This document shows positions 35,446 to 37,709 of a stretch of DNA of 37,709 nucleotides, in pieces. The position numbers and the translations under genes were made by a program. The stretch is from a virus (taxonomy: Duplodnaviria; Caudoviricetes), in IMG/VR virus record IMGVR_UViG_3300037515_000491, positions 1-37,709 of that record. The stretch is one strand, 5' to 3'. Numbering within the stretch: the stretch's first letter is position 1; every line of letters starts with the position of its first letter. A model generated the notes under the pieces. It saw nothing but the letters and a program-made list of their open reading frames with translations, did not search any database and was not told where the DNA came from.

Positions 35446-36420
35446 CTATTCGGCCGCGGAGTAGGGGAGTGTTTGCATACCTAAAAAATCTTGCAGGCCC
35501 ACCCGCGTCCAGATGTGGGCGCTGCCCTGCGCCGTCACGTAGCGGCGTCTTCTCATCTCGTCCAAAATCTGGCTGAATAACGTGCCGTTCCTGAGGCCGA
35601 TCAGCGTATCCAGGCCGTCGCCAACGCTGCTTGTATCGCGCCGGAATCCGGCATCGCCGTTCATGATGTTGATTTCCAGCGCATCCAACTGCCGGCCGCT
35701 AAATTCGTAAATCAATTCACCCTGGACATTCCTCAATTGCTTTGGCTGCCGGTACAGGTTGAAGCCGTGCGCCCCGTTCCGGTCGTGCATCGTCGCAAAT
35801 CGGTCATTGTTGGCCGCCGGCGCTGGGATGGTATCGGCCGGCAAGAGGAACTGATGCCGGTAGATAACTACCTCGCCGTCTTTGTCTCGAACGGTTGATG
35901 CGTTACGGTGAATCAGTTTCACCAGCCCGTAAGCCGCGCCGGCCAGAAACGCCAGGAGTACGGCAGCCATCAAATTCCAAAACCAGTACGCGCGGTTCGA
36001 TTTATCAATGTCGCTCTGGGTCCGCATGAATACGGCCGTTGCCGTCGCGTCCGTTTCGAGTTTCATCCTCGTCCCCTGCGCCGCCAGCGCGATTTCTTCC
36101 TGGCTGGCCTGGTACGCCGCCGCCGTGGCCTGAGAAACGGCCGTTTCCTGCGTCTGCACCGCCGCCGTCGCCTGGGCACTCTGCGCGGTAGCCTGCACGG
36201 ATACGGCCGTTTCCGTGATCCGCGCGTTCTGCGCAGCTACCAGCGCCTGACCTGTCGCCATGCCCGCCGCCGCAGTCGCCGCCACATCAGCCGCCGCCCG
36301 CGTGCCCGTGGCCTGGGCCGCAATTCCGGCGAATTCGGGGTCGGTGACAGGCTGGTACGGCGGGACGGTGCAGCCGGCTATGAGGAGCAGGGCGAGGGAA
36401 AGCAGGGCGAGTCGGTTCAT
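35446..36420 (-). CDS. Lipoprotein with Ala/Thr-rich stalk, internal TM and cytoplasmic C-terminal domain
   Basis: Lipobox LIAG-C; ATA repeats; TM WFWNLMAAVLLAFLAGAAYGLV; wHTH-like end. Confidence 0.7.
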   Translation of the reverse strand: MNRLALLSLALLLIAGCTVPPYQPVTDPEFAGIAAQATGTRAAADVAATAAAGMATGQALVAAQNARITETAVSVQATAQSAQATAAVQTQETAVSQATAAAYQASQEEIALAAQGTRMKLETDATATAVFMRTQSDIDKSNRAYWFWNLMAAVLLAFLAGAAYGLVKLIHRNASTVRDKDGEVVIYRHQFLLPADTIPAPAANNDRFATMHDRNGAHGFNLYRQPKQLRNVQGELIYEFSGRQLDALEINIMNGDAGFRRDTSSVGDGLDTLIGLRNGTLFSQILDEMRRRRYVTAQGSAHIWTRVGLQDFLGMQTLPYSAAE

Positions 36421-36421
36421 G

Positions 36422-36583
36422 TTAGCGCGTCAGCTTTATGGCCACGGCCGTGCCGACGACAGTCAGCACAATCTCAATCCAGGCTACGCTGCTAGCCGCT
36501 CGGTGTAGATACCAGATTGCAAAGTCTGGTACGTCCGCAATGGGCAGTGCGCCGCTTTTGATGTCTCGCAAGATATTCAACAT
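36422..36583 (-). CDS. Small membrane protein (53 aa)
   Basis: AAGGAG RBS; MLNILRDIKSGALPIADVPDFAIWYLHRAASSVAWIEIVLTVVGTAVAIKLTR; not in ORF track. Confidence 0.6.
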   Translation of the reverse strand: MLNILRDIKSGALPIADVPDFAIWYLHRAASSVAWIEIVLTVVGTAVAIKLTR

Positions 36584-36607
36584 GATTAAACTCCTTGGAA
36601 ACGGCCG

Positions 36608-36714
36608 TTGCCCTGGCTGACAACTGTTGCTACAATGCGGATACGGCCGTTTCCTGATATTGGTTACTGGTCTACTTGCCCGCTCTCCCCTAACTGAGGA
36701 GCGGGCATTTTTTT
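36608..36714 (+). ncRNA. Putative ~70-nt antisense RNA (with promoter) opposite the leader of the membrane/ParM operon
   Basis: TTGCCC-17-TACAAT with extended TG; terminator TGCCCGCTC...GAGCGGGCA + T7. Confidence 0.55.
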
Positions 36715-36722
36715 ATCTGCTG

Positions 36723-36974
36723 TCACCAGCCATACTTCCATTCCCAACCTTCATCATTCCCCAATTCCCAAGCGTCCCATTCGATCAACCAATGAGGGTA
36801 TGGATTGCTTCTCCCGCAATGCGCACCGGCTTTAAATCCTTCTTCGTAAGCTTTTTCCGCAAATCCGATTCGTTGCAGCCTTTCCTGTGCGCTCAATCCG
36901 TTGATAATGGGCTGCGAATAACCGGCAAATAGGCGTCTATGTAATTCGTGTTCTAACTCGATTGTCACTATCAT
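36723..36974 (-). CDS. Hypothetical protein
   Basis: GAGG RBS; AYEEGFKAG...NPY...W.AW..G...G motif. Confidence 0.6.
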   Translation of the reverse strand: MIVTIELEHELHRRLFAGYSQPIINGLSAQERLQRIGFAEKAYEEGFKAGAHCGRSNPYPHWLIEWDAWELGNDEGWEWKYGW

Positions 36975-36990
36975 TGCGTTACCTCAGCTC

Positions 36991-37709
36991 TTAATCGGAC
37001 TCCATGTCCTCAACATCCGGCAGCAGCAGCCCCGGCGCCACATCCCCGGCGGTCACTGCCCACAACTCGCCAAAAACTGTCATTATGCGCTCCGAAACCC
37101 CTAACTCTTCCAGTGCCAGCGTCAAATTAATCCGGCTTCTGTACTGCGAGCGTTGGCCGGCCTCAATAAACTCAGAACGGCCGTCGTCATCCAATCGCAG
37201 CCAAATTCGGGCCAGATCGACCAGGCCGCCGCCCGGCCCATCGCCCCGCCGCCAACTGGCGCGGGCAATGCCGACCGGGTTCTTGCCTTTTTCGACCAGC
37301 GCCGGCCCTTCCAGCCTCACCCAGTAGGCCCAGGCCAATAATAATTCCGCCGAAGGCCGGCCGTCTTTGGGAGTTAAACGGCCGTTAAAACCCATCCAAT
37401 CCAAAATAGAAAGAGAAAGAGAAGCAGCATCAACAGCAGCATTTTGCATGTTCTTGTTGTTGTTGTCTTTGCTGTAGTCTATGTTGTTGTCTTTGTTGTT
37501 GTCTTTGTTGTATCTAATGGCGCTTTCCGCCATTAGACTAATGGCGCTTTCCGCCATTGGACTAATGGCGCTTTCCGCCATTAGACTAATGGCGCTTTCC
37601 GCCATTGGACTAATGGCGCTTTCCGCCATTGGACTAATGGCGCTTTCCGCCATTGGACTAATGGCGCTTTCCGCCATTGGACTATTGCCGGTTTCCGGCA
37701 TTGGCAATT
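36991..37709 (-). CDS. C-terminal half of phage replication initiator (continues from 561..132 across the junction)
   Basis: In frame with 1..561; (S[P/L]MAESAI)n repeat followed by NKDNNKD low-complexity linker typical of O-like proteins. Confidence 0.85.
   Translation of the reverse strand, partial: LPMPETGNSPMAESAISPMAESAISPMAESAISPMAESAISLMAESAISPMAESAISLMAESAIRYNKDNNKDNNIDYSKDNNNKNMQNAAVDAASLSLSILDWMGFNGRLTPKDGRPSAELLLAWAYWVRLEGPALVEKGKNPVGIARASWRRGDGPGGGLVDLARIWLRLDDDGRSEFIEAGQRSQYRSRINLTLALEELGVSERIMTVFGELWAVTAGDVAPGLLLPDVEDMESD
37441..37684. repeat. Probable replication origin: ~7 x 24-bp iterons (37514-37684) next to an AT-rich TTGTTG tract (37441-37513)
   Basis: Each unit contains the dyad GCCATT(A/G)G-A-CTAATGGC; located inside the rep gene as in lambda ori. 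Confidence 0.75.

Larger units (their letters stand above)
1..37709. mobile_element. Complete circular temperate tailed phage genome (siphovirus-like, HK97 fold), probable Chloroflexota host
   Basis: Terminal overlap (6-131 = 37584-37709); integrase + attP; terminase, portal, MCP, tail tube, chaperone frameshift, TMP, Dit and Tal in canonical order. Confidence 0.93.

Noticed and set aside
37514-37709. 24-bp repeats (also at 1-105) as a CRISPR array
   Set aside because: Units are directly adjacent with no spacers, lie in frame within the rep gene, and no cas genes are present

Overview
The window is an essentially complete, circularly permuted ~37.6-kb genome of a temperate, HK97-fold, long non-contractile-tailed phage. 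Bases 6-131 repeat 37584-37709, and the replication initiator gene reads in frame across that junction. An intact attP (3' half of tRNA-Asp(GTC)) sits next to a tyrosine integrase. The host is inferred to be Chloroflexota (Anaerolineae-like) from Pro/Thr-rich linkers, a C-terminal YLPLV motif, and lamin-tail and EAD7-like domains. Order: rep/antirepressor (-), integrase/attP, RHH regulator, early genes (+), head and tail (+), putative lysis region (+), then a leftward arm with WGR, ParB, ParR/ParM-like actin and several membrane proteins. Most unusual points: (1) a membrane-anchored EAD7 (death-fold-like) protein in a lysis region with no recognisable endolysin; (2) an actin-like ParM operon with membrane proteins, plus a ParB with parS-like palindromes but no ParA; (3) three glycosyltransferases embedded in the capsid module; (4) the palindrome ACGGCCGT iterated about 60 times and reused at gene-cassette junctions; (5) an apparent RHH-operator/antisense-RNA switch with no CI-type repressor. 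All product calls come from motif recognition by eye; no searches were run.
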